DNA of 39,387 nt from a virus, in the IMG/VR virus record IMGVR_UViG_3300038595_000016. The stretch is one strand, 5' to 3'. Both the position numbers and the translations under genes were made by a program. Below, in pieces: positions 9,226 through 16,602 of the stretch (positions are counted from its first letter, which is position 1; each line of letters starts with the position of its first letter). The notes below the pieces were generated by a model. The model saw only the letters and a list, made by a program, of their open reading frames with translations. It was not told the DNA's origin and made no database searches.

Positions 9226-9684
9226 TTAGATAAGATCACGATATACATCATCAATAGACTCTCCTTTAATTACTCGTGCGTGACGTTTTGCGCGGTTGGG
9301 TGAATCACTACGCGCCCATTTCGAATCTAGCGCCTCTGTAGCGGCTTTTTCCATATCGCCAACTGATAGGGCAGAGATCATCTTTTTGAAGCCTAGAAGA
9401 CCTTGCAAGCCTAACTGGTAGCACATTGATACGAGAATGTCCTGCACATCTTTGTGCTGGTCGATAAACCATGCGTACTGGCAAAGTTTTGCTTCTTCTT
9501 TCAGTGCGTGGGATTCAAGCCACAAACGCGCTACAGGCTCAGGGATTTCACAATCGAAGTGGTCAATATTGGCGTTTTTATCTGCCAGCTTAATTCCATA
9601 GCCAATAGTCGGATATCCAAGGGAATCTTTGTACGGCTTGGCTCGAAAACCCTCTTCGAATGCAATTACTTTTGTAAAACTCAT
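9226..9684 (-). CDS. Endolysin, glycoside hydrolase family 24 (T4/lambda-type lysozyme fold)
   Basis: N-terminal IAFEEGFRAKPYKDSLGYPTIGYGIKL matches the E-x8-D/C-x5-T lysozyme signature (EG.r..aY.D..G..TIGYG). Confidence 0.9.
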   Translation of the reverse strand: MSFTKVIAFEEGFRAKPYKDSLGYPTIGYGIKLADKNANIDHFDCEIPEPVARLWLESHALKEEAKLCQYAWFIDQHKDVQDILVSMCYQLGLQGLLGFKKMISALSVGDMEKAATEALDSKWARSDSPNRAKRHARVIKGESIDDVYRDLI

Positions 9685-9860
9685 TATTTGACCTTAATCA
9701 ATAAACGTTGCGAGCCTAAAAACAATGGCTCGATAGTTGAAACAAAGCCGCTGCTATACGGCAATTTAATCATAACACTTTCGTTATTCATCCGCATTCC
9801 GTCTACAATCTGCCCTTTCTTGTAGTCGTGATAATTGCGGCAGAACTGATACTTTGTCAT
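9684..9860 (-). CDS. Hypothetical 58-aa protein
   Basis: Hand-translated MTKYQFCRNYHDYKKGQIVDG...LIKVK. GGAGG lies 6 nt upstream. TAATG overlaps at both ends couple it to its neighbours. Confidence 0.6.
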   Translation of the reverse strand: MTKYQFCRNYHDYKKGQIVDGMRMNNESVMIKLPYSSGFVSTIEPLFLGSQRLLIKVK

Positions 9861-9955
9861 TACAAACCTCCAAAATACACGCCAGCGATAACGGCAAGGA
9901 ACCCTGCCAGGCTAAGTGCGGTTGTGATTGCTTTCATTGTTTGGTCAAAATTCAT
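9860..9955 (-). CDS. 31-aa single-pass membrane peptide in the lysis cluster
   Basis: MNFDQTMKAITTALSLAGFLAVIAGVYFGGL. ATGA overlap with the upstream gene and TAATG overlap with the downstream one. Confidence 0.5.
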   Translation of the reverse strand: MNFDQTMKAITTALSLAGFLAVIAGVYFGGL

Positions 9956-10521
9956 CTAAACACCTCTGATAATAGTTTGTTTCTGTCCAACGTTGCAGCT
10001 TCAGGTTGATACTTTGTTGCCTGTCTTTTATCGCCAATGCCCACAAGTTTAATCTCTCGGTTGGATTTCATGTTTCGCTTATGGATTATCAGTCCTAACT
10101 GTTCAATCTGATACATGTAATCGCTAACACCATTTCGACGGAGTCCTGTTAGTTCGTTAATTTCGCTATAAGTCAGGTATCTATCGCGATTATTGAACAA
10201 TACCGTGATTATGTCGAACTTAGTATTACCTAGAAATCTACAACGCCAGCGCAAATCCTCCCACTCAACGTTACTCTCTACAAAGTCATCATCGCAAATG
10301 TATTCCCTTTGATATACACCCTTAACAAGCTTGTAGAATATCTGAACGCCACTACCATTTTGCTTTGTCTTGATATGGATTTTTGCGCCTAGCTTTTTAG
10401 CGACGCGACGAAGTTTTGTTTGCGTTACATTTCGCGCAACGTTCAGCATTAGCGATAAGTCAACCGTTGAGTGATATCGCTTAAATAACTGTTCGTACTC
10501 TTTCATCCTTTGCAGTCCCAC
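9952..10521 (-). CDS. Winged-helix (MarR-like) DNA-binding protein, putative transcription regulator
   Basis: 189 aa. C-terminal half DIITVLFNNRDRYLTYSEINELTGLRRNGVSDYMYQIEQLGLIIHKR has a wHTH pattern. Confidence 0.55.
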   Translation of the reverse strand: MGLQRMKEYEQLFKRYHSTVDLSLMLNVARNVTQTKLRRVAKKLGAKIHIKTKQNGSGVQIFYKLVKGVYQREYICDDDFVESNVEWEDLRWRCRFLGNTKFDIITVLFNNRDRYLTYSEINELTGLRRNGVSDYMYQIEQLGLIIHKRNMKSNREIKLVGIGDKRQATKYQPEAATLDRNKLLSEVFR

Positions 10522-10688
10522 GGCTTAAATGATTGAGGGATATTTAAAACCCTCATTTCTTTCTGCACGGTCTTGTGGCAACACATGCATTCTTCGGCTA
10601 TTTGGTCATAGTTTCGAATGTGCGGGTTGTTAATAATAAACAGCCTCACCATGTGCGAATCGTAGCCGTAATCTTTTCTAGCGCCCAT
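10503..10688 (-). CDS. Small HTH-like protein (61 aa; start uncertain)
   Basis: ORF 10503-10808 overlaps the upstream ORF. ATG 10688 follows GGGAAAG. Contains NYDQIAEECMCCHKTVQKEMRVLNI. Confidence 0.45.
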   Translation of the reverse strand: MGARKDYGYDSHMVRLFIINNPHIRNYDQIAEECMCCHKTVQKEMRVLNIPQSFKPWDCKG

Positions 10689-10887
10689 TGCTTTCCCACA
10701 CAAACAGGTCATAGTTAAATTCAAGGTGCGAATATGATGCATCAATCTTTGTTCCCATAACCACGAAAGAGCCTTGTTCATCGTCCCACTGGAAACGAAC
10801 TGGAACAAGCCCGCTACTAATCGCTACAAACTGCTCGCAGATATTGCCGTTAACTGGCGGGTATTTGCTTGTGATTAGGTTAGACAT
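10678..10887 (-). CDS. Hypothetical protein (69 aa)
   Basis: ATG 10887 is preceded by GAGGTGAG and gives an 8-nt overlap with the upstream stop. Confidence 0.6.
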   Translation of the reverse strand: MSNLITSKYPPVNGNICEQFVAISSGLVPVRFQWDDEQGSFVVMGTKIDASYSHLEFNYDLFVWESNGR

Positions 10888-11179
10888 ACTCACCTCGTGC
10901 TTTTGATAGTAGTTGGTTGATTTGTTTTTTGAATCGTTGGCATTCATCATAATCAGCCATTTCTTCTAGTAATCCGTACAACTCCGGTGCCGCCGCGATT
11001 AGGTGGGCGTTGGCTTCAAGCTCCGGATTTGAGTCTTCACCCTCCATTTTATAAACCACCTCGGCAAAACAGTGGTGGATAGAGTCATCATAATCACGTT
11101 TAACGCTAATTGCCCAGCAATCATCATTCCAATTAGCGTCTTTTTCAATAAACCACTCACCTTTAGTAAAATTACACAT
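10880..11179 (-). CDS. Hypothetical phage protein with the NAHLIAAAPELY motif
   Basis: ATG 11179 lies 7 nt after GGGGAG. ANAHLIAAAPELYGLLEEM is a motif recurrent in small phage proteins of unknown function. Confidence 0.65.
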   Translation of the reverse strand: MCNFTKGEWFIEKDANWNDDCWAISVKRDYDDSIHHCFAEVVYKMEGEDSNPELEANAHLIAAAPELYGLLEEMADYDECQRFKKQINQLLSKARGEYV

Positions 11180-11357
11180 TAACATACTCCCCACTCTGAT
11201 TGTTATGGTTAACAAACTCGCTTGCTACGAAGTGGGCAAAGCCAGCGTTACGGCCTAGATGGTACTTAGGCGTGTACTCGGCTTTGTTTTCTACCTGTGA
11301 CCACTTCTTTTCTAACTTGGCTAGATTCGCCTCTTTAAATTCAATCAACTTGCTCAT
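11172..11357 (-). CDS. Hypothetical protein (61 aa), first gene of the 11357->8953 operon
   Basis: ORF track; an AAGGAAAAG SD-like purine run lies upstream of ATG 11357. Confidence 0.6.
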   Translation of the reverse strand: MSKLIEFKEANLAKLEKKWSQVENKAEYTPKYHLGRNAGFAHFVASEFVNHNNQSGEYVNV

Positions 11358-11389
11358 TACTGCTTTTCCTTTTGTCTTGGTATGAGCTT

Positions 11390-11432
11390 AATATACAAAA
11401 AGACCGCGCATCTGTATGTGATGGCGGTCACG
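11390..11432 (-). promoter_or_regulatory. Class II CRP-type promoter for the 11357 operon
   Basis: The minus strand reads cGTGAccgccaTCACA (11432-11417), then 21 nt, then TATATT (11395-11390). One mismatch in one half-site. Confidence 0.6.
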
Positions 11433-11450
11433 GTTTTGGATTTAAGGCAA

Positions 11451-11474
11451 ATAAAAACCGCCCGTAGGCGGCTT
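11451..11474 (-). terminator. Rho-independent terminator after the SSB gene
   Basis: CCGCC-tacg-GGCGG followed by TTTTTATTT on the minus strand, 4 nt after the SSB stop codon. Confidence 0.7.
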
Positions 11475-11477
11475 ATA

Positions 11478-11831
11478 TTAAAATGGAATTGAGTCGTCAT
11501 AGTCCTGTGGCGGCTCGTTGTATTGCTGCTGTTGTTGTTGGTCCTGTTTCTGCTGTTGCTGATACTGACCCCAGTTCTGTTGTTGCGGCTGAGCCTGCTG
11601 TTGATCTTTCCAGAATACCTTAGCGTTACCAAGTATTGCGCCTTGCTGTCCAGCTTCGCGATCTTCTTTGCTAACTGCCTGGGTTATCATCCCACTATTT
11701 CCGAACTGGTCTAATTGATCAATATCAATGAAAACCTGAGCGTCGAGGTAGGTTCCTTTTTGACCTTTAAATAACTTTGATTTATCTATTTTTGTTACGT
11801 CAATCTTTAGCGTCACGCCTACTTTAGCCAT
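11478..11831 (-). CDS. ssb: Single-stranded DNA-binding protein (non-canonical N-terminal domain, poly-Q linker, acidic DDSIPF tip)
   Basis: Starts MAKVGVTLKIDV at ATG 11831. The linker is QQQAQPQQQNWGQYQQQQKQDQQQQQQ. The C-terminus DYDDSIPF matches the SSB partner-binding tip (DDDIPF). Lies in the recombination module. Confidence 0.65.
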   Translation of the reverse strand: MAKVGVTLKIDVTKIDKSKLFKGQKGTYLDAQVFIDIDQLDQFGNSGMITQAVSKEDREAGQQGAILGNAKVFWKDQQQAQPQQQNWGQYQQQQKQDQQQQQQYNEPPQDYDDSIPF

Positions 11832-12369
11832 TTTGTTTTGCCTCTTTTCTTGCTCCCCACTGGAAGCGCACTTGGTTGTTATTGTCTTTAGCTGCAAGGA
11901 ATGAGATTTTACCACCTGTAAACTCTGCATACCAACGCCACTCTTTTAGTTTAAAGTTCCAGGACGTTGTTTTTTTGCCTCCCCTGTCCTGTATTTCATC
12001 TGGTTTTAACTTAATGCTTATTTGTGGATAATCATAAAGCTCACGACCTATGCCCCAATTAAAGCAAGCCCGCTTAAAAGAATCACTAGCCAGCCCTTTT
12101 TGAGCTTCAGCGTTTGACTCTGTACCAGTATCCTCCTTGCTTACCCATTGCTTCTTTGACTCGTCCCATATGGAAACGATGCAGTTTTTATTGTCTCTGG
12201 TATGCTCTCGCTTCCAGCCAAAAGGTCCGACAACATCATCTAGGCGCTGCTGGTCAACCCTTGCGTTTTTGTAAGCTAGAATTGTGGCGTACCCGCCATT
12301 GTTTACTGACTGAACCCTAAACTCTATATCATTAATAGATAGCGGCTCTGAAAGTTTTTTAATGTCCAT
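11824..12369 (-). CDS. Rad52/Sak-like single-strand annealing protein
   Basis: ATG 12369 (MDIKKLSEPL...). The motif KGLASDSFKRACFNWGIGRELY resembles the Rad52-family signature (..KRAa..fGIGRyLY). Flanked by the exonuclease and SSB. Confidence 0.7.
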   Translation of the reverse strand: MDIKKLSEPLSINDIEFRVQSVNNGGYATILAYKNARVDQQRLDDVVGPFGWKREHTRDNKNCIVSIWDESKKQWVSKEDTGTESNAEAQKGLASDSFKRACFNWGIGRELYDYPQISIKLKPDEIQDRGGKKTTSWNFKLKEWRWYAEFTGGKISFLAAKDNNNQVRFQWGARKEAKQNG

Positions 12370-13087
12370 TGAAATTAATCCTATTGTAAACACTGCGTAA
12401 TACTCGCACATCATCTTCGCAGTAGCTAATCACATCTTCTGGCTTTGTGATCCATGTATCATAAACTTTCGAACCGTCCATCCCTTCTGTTTTGCCCTTA
12501 ACACCAAGAGAATTAGCAAGATTGTCTAGCGAGATTCTGTTGCCATAACCACACCAAGCCTCCATAGTGCAGTAGATATCTCTACCATGTCTTGCGTGAG
12601 GGTTGAAGTAAACGGGCGGTTTAACACCATTTATAACGCTGCGATGCCATATGAACGGGATATCAAATTTTGCGTAATGGGCGACAAAGCGCCACTCATG
12701 TGATCCAATCGAATGAGATAGCCATTCCCAGAACTCTTTTAGCAACTGCGCCTCGCTCTGATTTAACTGACTAAATGAAAATATCTCATCATCTTCTATG
12801 GCTGATGAAATCACACAAATTTCACCTTTCGCACCATCAAAAGATGTTTTCAGCCACTCGGCTTCGCCTTGAATTTTGGCCTGTTCACTTCCAAACTTTT
12901 CAATCCAGTCCTGTTTTAGCTCGTCTACAGTCTTATATTTAGCGTCAGCACCGTAACCAAGCGCGTCAATTAGCTTCGGCTTAGTCAGGCCAGTCGGAAC
13001 CTTGATGGATTCCTTGGCTTTTTCAATAAAGCTATCAATACCGTTTAGCTCCGGCAGGGTTTCAATGTCAGTGAACACATTAAGCAT
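12359..13087 (-). CDS. DEDD-family 3'-5' exonuclease (PolB-exonuclease-like)
   Basis: Exo motifs FTDIET (I), HYAKFDIPFIW (II) and YCEDDVRVL (III) in the order expected for the RNase-H-like DEDD fold. Confidence 0.7.
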   Translation of the reverse strand: MLNVFTDIETLPELNGIDSFIEKAKESIKVPTGLTKPKLIDALGYGADAKYKTVDELKQDWIEKFGSEQAKIQGEAEWLKTSFDGAKGEICVISSAIEDDEIFSFSQLNQSEAQLLKEFWEWLSHSIGSHEWRFVAHYAKFDIPFIWHRSVINGVKPPVYFNPHARHGRDIYCTMEAWCGYGNRISLDNLANSLGVKGKTEGMDGSKVYDTWITKPEDVISYCEDDVRVLRSVYNRINFNGH

Positions 13088-13247
13088 TTACAGTCCTCGC
13101 ATCTTCAATTTGCTGTTTTTCGTACTCAGCAGCTGCAGCATCATTAACTAATTTGCTAATAAAAGCGTAAACTCCAAGTTCATTGCGTCTTGCCGCGTCC
13201 TTCAATAACTGGTATGTGTTTTTGTCTAATTGATTTAAGTCAAACAT
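13080..13247 (-). CDS. Hypothetical 55-aa protein, first gene of the leftward early operon
   Basis: AAAGGAGG lies 4 nt upstream of ATG 13247. MFDLNQLDKNTYQLLKDAARRNELG... Confidence 0.65.
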   Translation of the reverse strand: MFDLNQLDKNTYQLLKDAARRNELGVYAFISKLVNDAAAAEYEKQQIEDARTVNA

Positions 13248-13270
13248 ATGACCTCCTTTGATTTGAGATA

Positions 13271-13339
13271 AGCATAACCATAAGCCGACTAACTTACTGT
13301 GACGAACCTCACAAAACAAAATACCCGTTGCGATATAAT
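13271..13339. promoter_or_regulatory. Divergent early control region: one palindrome serving back-to-back promoters
   Basis: Perfect TGTGAcgaaccTCACA at 13298-13313. The leftward -10 TATGCT (13276-13271) is 21 nt away and the rightward -10 TATAAT (13334-13339) is 20 nt away. Neither has a -35. Confidence 0.7.
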
Positions 13340-13360
13340 TACCACAACCAAGGAGGCTAT

Positions 13361-13963
13361 ATGAACTCAAAGAGAAAATGCGCTTACTGCAAGGAGAGAA
13401 AACCTGCAGCAACAATGTTTATTCGCGGCACTCAAGCATTCTGCAGTAAAGAGCACTACATCGAATACCAGGTGAGCAACAAAGACAAGCTAGTTAAAAA
13501 AGGTAGGCAAATTAAACGAAAAGACATAGCCGAACGGAAGAAAAAGATTAAATCGGTTAATGACTACGCTGCAGAGGCTCAAGCTGCAGTTAATCTATAC
13601 ATCAGATTAAGGGATTACAACAAACCATGTATTAGTTGCGGCTGCAGTAAAGTGTCTGTTTTTGGTGGTTATCGTGGTGCAGGTGGTTGGGATGCTGGTC
13701 ACTATCGCTCAAGAGGCGCTGCAGCACACTTGAGATTCAACCTGCTAAACATCCACAAGCAATGCGTAAAATGCAATAGGGATAGGTCAGGTAACGTGGT
13801 CGACTACAGAATCAGACTAATAGAGAGAATCGGTATAACCGCAGTCGAATCTATAGAGTCAAACAACAAGCCAAGAAAATTCACCATAGAATACTTAGAG
13901 AGAATCAAGCGCATATTTAATCGAAGGGCGAGGCACTACAAAAAACTCAGAGACTTAAACTAA
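13361..13963 (+). CDS. ninG: NinG/Rap-family recombination endonuclease
   Basis: GGAGG lies 5 nt before ATG 13361. KRKCAYCKERK...FCS..H, then LYIRLRDYNKPCISCG...WDAGHYRSRGAAAHLRFNLLNIHKQCVKCN..SGN, matches the lambda NinG pattern. Confidence 0.85.
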   Translation: MNSKRKCAYCKERKPAATMFIRGTQAFCSKEHYIEYQVSNKDKLVKKGRQIKRKDIAERKKKIKSVNDYAAEAQAAVNLYIRLRDYNKPCISCGCSKVSVFGGYRGAGGWDAGHYRSRGAAAHLRFNLLNIHKQCVKCNRDRSGNVVDYRIRLIERIGITAVESIESNNKPRKFTIEYLERIKRIFNRRARHYKKLRDLN

Positions 13964-13968
13964 GCAAG

Positions 13969-13993
13969 GGCTGCCGATGGCGGCCTTTTTTAT
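13969..13993 (+). terminator. Rho-independent terminator after ninG
   Basis: GGCTGCC-gat-GGCGGCC (one G-U pair) followed by TTTTTTATT. Confidence 0.6.
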
Positions 13994-14033
13994 TGCTCGG
14001 CTGAAATAAATTAAAATAATTGTCCAAAAAAGC

Positions 14034-14062
14034 TAGACACCGGTACAGCTTTTCAATACTAT
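14034..14062 (+). promoter_or_regulatory. Sigma70-type promoter
   Basis: TAGACA (14034-14039), 17 nt, TACTAT (14057-14062). Confidence 0.5.
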
Positions 14063-14101
14063 AACCATATCGAAACGAAACACATAAACGGAATCAACAT
14101 C

Positions 14102-14518
14102 ATGCTAAACGTAAACATTGAAATCATCGAAAACACTAAATACTACTCAACTGTAGATGCTCGCGGAAACTCAACAATGGTTTTCGTTTGGGATGGTCAA
14201 ATGCATGTTCAAACAAACAGCTCGCCAGCACGTTGCGTTGAAGATGCAAAGCGCCTATCAAAAACAGCTAAAGCGCTTATTGAATACGTAAGCGCAATCA
14301 AGGAGGACGAGGAAGATATTATAGAAAATCCACGTTACGCAGCATTCAAAAAAGCTCACGGCGAACAACCAAACTACGTTTACATGGATTTTATCAATAA
14401 AATGAAAATACTTTTCTGTGGCGACCTTTACGGAAGTATTTCAAGTCATGATGATTTTACGTTGTTTATTCAAAACAACGCTAACAAATACGAGGTAAAA
14501 AATGATGCACTTAATTAG
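14102..14518 (+). CDS. Hypothetical protein (138 aa)
   Basis: ORF track; first gene after the 14034 promoter. No recognisable motif. Confidence 0.7.
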   Translation: MLNVNIEIIENTKYYSTVDARGNSTMVFVWDGQMHVQTNSSPARCVEDAKRLSKTAKALIEYVSAIKEDEEDIIENPRYAAFKKAHGEQPNYVYMDFINKMKILFCGDLYGSISSHDDFTLFIQNNANKYEVKNDALN

Positions 14519-14843
14519 GGCTTTAAAGGATCTTGATGAAATTACCATTTCAAGGTGCTTGGCGATCTCTCTAGGCTGGGAGGTATACGGGGAATCAAGC
14601 GAGGGTATTTGTGCTGACAAAAAAGCCATTGGATCTTTTAACATTAGTAACTGGTCAGACATTATGCCAATCGCCGTCGAACATAACGTTTTCTTTGAAG
14701 TAATTTCCACGCATGGGCTTACCAAATACAAAGCGTCTCAATTCCTAAGTAATGGAGGTCATGATTACACCATGTACGGCTCAACGCCTCAAATAGCTAT
14801 AGCGCTATGCTTAATTCACATTCAGGAGGATAAAGATGGTTAA
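14502..14843 (+). CDS. Hypothetical protein (113 aa), possibly DUF2591/NinX-like
   Basis: GAGG lies 6 nt before ATG 14502. The N-terminal L..LDEITISRCLAISLGWEV pattern resembles that family, but this is weak. Confidence 0.6.
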   Translation: MMHLIRALKDLDEITISRCLAISLGWEVYGESSEGICADKKAIGSFNISNWSDIMPIAVEHNVFFEVISTHGLTKYKASQFLSNGGHDYTMYGSTPQIAIALCLIHIQEDKDG

Positions 14844-15024
14844 CGTGCACTGGATGAGCGACATTCAGCTTGCTGGATTGCTTTTTCAAGAGAAGCTTTA
14901 TTCGCAAGTGTCTTTTAGTGAGTGCGAGCATAAAAAAGGGTTCAAGTTATTAGTTACATGTAAAGATCTTGATTCTGCAATTGAAAATAAAAACGTATGG
15001 GTAAAAGACATTGAAGAAATATAA
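14836..15024 (+). CDS. Hypothetical protein (62 aa)
   Basis: GGAGG lies 6 nt before ATG 14836; overlaps the upstream stop. Confidence 0.6.
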   Translation: MVNVHWMSDIQLAGLLFQEKLYSQVSFSECEHKKGFKLLVTCKDLDSAIENKNVWVKDIEEI

Positions 15025-15148
15025 CGGCCTACCAAAGGCAACTTACTACCGCCGACTTAAAGAGTGGACGCTAACGCTATACGACAAAGACGGCAAAGCG
15101 TACCACGTAAACCCTAAGATGGTAATGGAGAAGAAAAGTGGAAGTTAA
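15011..15148 (+). CDS. Candidate 45-aa HTH peptide (TTG start)
   Basis: Hand translation MKKYNGLPKATYYRRLKEWTLTLYDKDGKAYHVNPKMVMEKKSGS. LPKATYYRRLKEW is HTH-like. Weak SD. Confidence 0.3.
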   Translation: MKKYNGLPKATYYRRLKEWTLTLYDKDGKAYHVNPKMVMEKKSGS

Positions 15149-15254
15149 ACAATCCTCTTTCGGCTTTTGGTTTATCTACCTAAATGATGAACCAATAAGC
15201 GGAGGAACATTAGACAAGCAAGCAGCAATTGAAGAAATGGAGTTAATGAAATGA
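15138..15254 (+). CDS. Candidate 38-aa ORF (GTG start)
   Basis: GGAG lies 7 nt before GTG 15138. Ends in an ATGA overlap with the 15251 gene, which suggests translational coupling. Confidence 0.35.
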   Translation: MEVKQSSFGFWFIYLNDEPISGGTLDKQAAIEEMELMK

Positions 15255-15940
15255 ACCAACTAATGACAAGTAACCAACCGCTAACAATGAGTAGTCTAGA
15301 TTTTCTTGAACAAGTTATAAATCCAGCAAGAGTGAAAAACAATGAGAAAGAAATACGAAACAACGTATTCTTTCACAGAGTTGTTGATGAGTTGGATTTA
15401 GATCCAAGTACGTGCAAAGATATTGTATGTACATCACCATCAAGAAACAGAACATATACAGCGAAAGGATTTGATTTAAATCAAGACCAAATGATGCTTG
15501 TAGGTATGCGAGAGTCAAAAGCAGTGCGAAGAAGCGTACTTGAAAAAATTAAACAATTGGCAAGTGAAGAATCACAACACCCACAAATACCGCAAACATA
15601 CGCAGAAGCATTACAGCTAGCAGCAGACCAAGCAAAACAGATCGAACTTGCAGCGCCTAAAGTTGCTTTCGTGGATAACCTAGTTGATCGCACTGCTTTA
15701 ATGAATGCGTCACAAGTAGCACAGAAACACAAAAAGTCAGCCATCTGGCTAAACAAGATTCTCACAGAGCTAAAGGTTTACAACAAAGCAATCAAGCGCG
15801 GCAAGGTATTCCAGCAATGGTTTATTGATAAGGGCTATGGAGAAATGAAGCAAAGCGAAGAAGGTTACTCTCAAGCTATGTTCACAAACGCTGGTGAGAT
15901 TTGGATTAACGAGCAGCTTTATAGTGAGGGCCTAGTGTGA
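15251..15940 (+). CDS. Antirepressor-like protein with KilAC/ANT-type C-terminal domain
   Basis: C-terminal APKVAFVDNLVDRTALMNASQVAQKH...LNKILTELKVYNK...QQWFIDKGYGEMK follows the KilA-C (ANT) pattern. The N-terminal part is Rha-like. Confidence 0.65.
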   Translation: MNQLMTSNQPLTMSSLDFLEQVINPARVKNNEKEIRNNVFFHRVVDELDLDPSTCKDIVCTSPSRNRTYTAKGFDLNQDQMMLVGMRESKAVRRSVLEKIKQLASEESQHPQIPQTYAEALQLAADQAKQIELAAPKVAFVDNLVDRTALMNASQVAQKHKKSAIWLNKILTELKVYNKAIKRGKVFQQWFIDKGYGEMKQSEEGYSQAMFTNAGEIWINEQLYSEGLV

Positions 15941-16155
15941 TCACAGAACAACAATACGCAGCGTTAAACGCACTTGCTAGGCGTTGCAACAAAGAACTTA
16001 AACAAGTGGACACCAAAAATTTACCGCTCTTAAAATCAATCACAGATAGATTTGCAGAGCAATCAAAACTAATCGGATTCAGCAAAACAGAGCTATTAGT
16101 TCAGATTGGCCGCATTAACGGTAAATTGGTTGATAGAAGATTAGACGGATATTGA
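15937..16155 (+). CDS. Hypothetical protein (72 aa)
   Basis: GTG start in a GTGA overlap with the upstream stop. Confidence 0.55.
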   Translation: MITEQQYAALNALARRCNKELKQVDTKNLPLLKSITDRFAEQSKLIGFSKTELLVQIGRINGKLVDRRLDGY

Positions 16156-16163
16156 GACAAATT

Positions 16164-16184
16164 GAGGCTTCGGCCTCTTTTTTA
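16164..16184 (+). terminator. Rho-independent terminator
   Basis: GAGGC-ttcg-GCCTC followed by TTTTTTA. Confidence 0.75.
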
Positions 16185-16187
16185 TAG

Positions 16188-16216
16188 TTGACAATGACTA
16201 CAAATGATATTAATAT
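16188..16216 (+). promoter_or_regulatory. Sigma70-type promoter with consensus -35
   Basis: TTGACA (16188-16193), 17 nt, TAATAT (16211-16216). Confidence 0.6.
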
Positions 16217-16243
16217 GGCATCACACAACAAAGAGAGGTGTTC

Positions 16244-16378
16244 ATGAGCGATAAGATAAAACCAACTAGCGTTAGGATTCCAGAGTCACTTAAAAAGAAG
16301 CTTGAACAGAAAGCCAAAGAGGAGGGTAGGAGTTTTAACAACATGGTAAATAGACTTCTTTCAGAAGCGGTAGCATAA
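16244..16378 (+). CDS. Ribbon-helix-helix (Arc/CopG-type) DNA-binding protein, 44 aa
   Basis: MSDKIKPTSVRIPESLKKKLEQKAKEEGRSFNNMVNRLLSEAVA shows a beta-strand then two helices, the typical RHH layout. AGAGAGG SD. Confidence 0.7.
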   Translation: MSDKIKPTSVRIPESLKKKLEQKAKEEGRSFNNMVNRLLSEAVA

Positions 16379-16432
16379 AAAAAGCCCCGCTTGTCATGCG
16401 AGGCAAATGATCACTTATCGAGGTAATTATAC

Positions 16433-16600
16433 ATGACAAAGCCATATATTAACACATATGAGAACCAGAACGGCGACATTGTTCTTGTTTACATTGAAGA
16501 AGTTAACGTAGGAGAGCAAGTTGAACCCTCCTACATTGTATTAAAAAAAGATCATGTTGATGAAGTTTTGCAGTCAATTGAAGAATTCATTGGTGGCTAA
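16433..16600 (+). CDS. Hypothetical acidic 55-aa protein
   Basis: GAGG upstream of ATG 16433. Hand-translated MTKPYINTYENQNGDIVLVYIEEV... Confidence 0.5.
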   Translation: MTKPYINTYENQNGDIVLVYIEEVNVGEQVEPSYIVLKKDHVDEVLQSIEEFIGG

Positions 16601-16602
16601 TT

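Noticed and set aside
11357-11632. 91-aa minus-strand ORF overlapping the SSB gene and its terminator
   Set aside because: It runs through the intergenic terminator and promoter. Its Asn/Ser/Arg/Thr-rich sequence comes from reading the CAG/CAA repeat in another frame.
15936-15945. TGTGATCACA palindrome at the 15251/15937 gene junction
   Set aside because: The half-sites are the same but the spacer is 0 rather than 6, and no -10 lies at the characteristic offset. It overlaps a GTGA stop/start junction and is probably coincidental.
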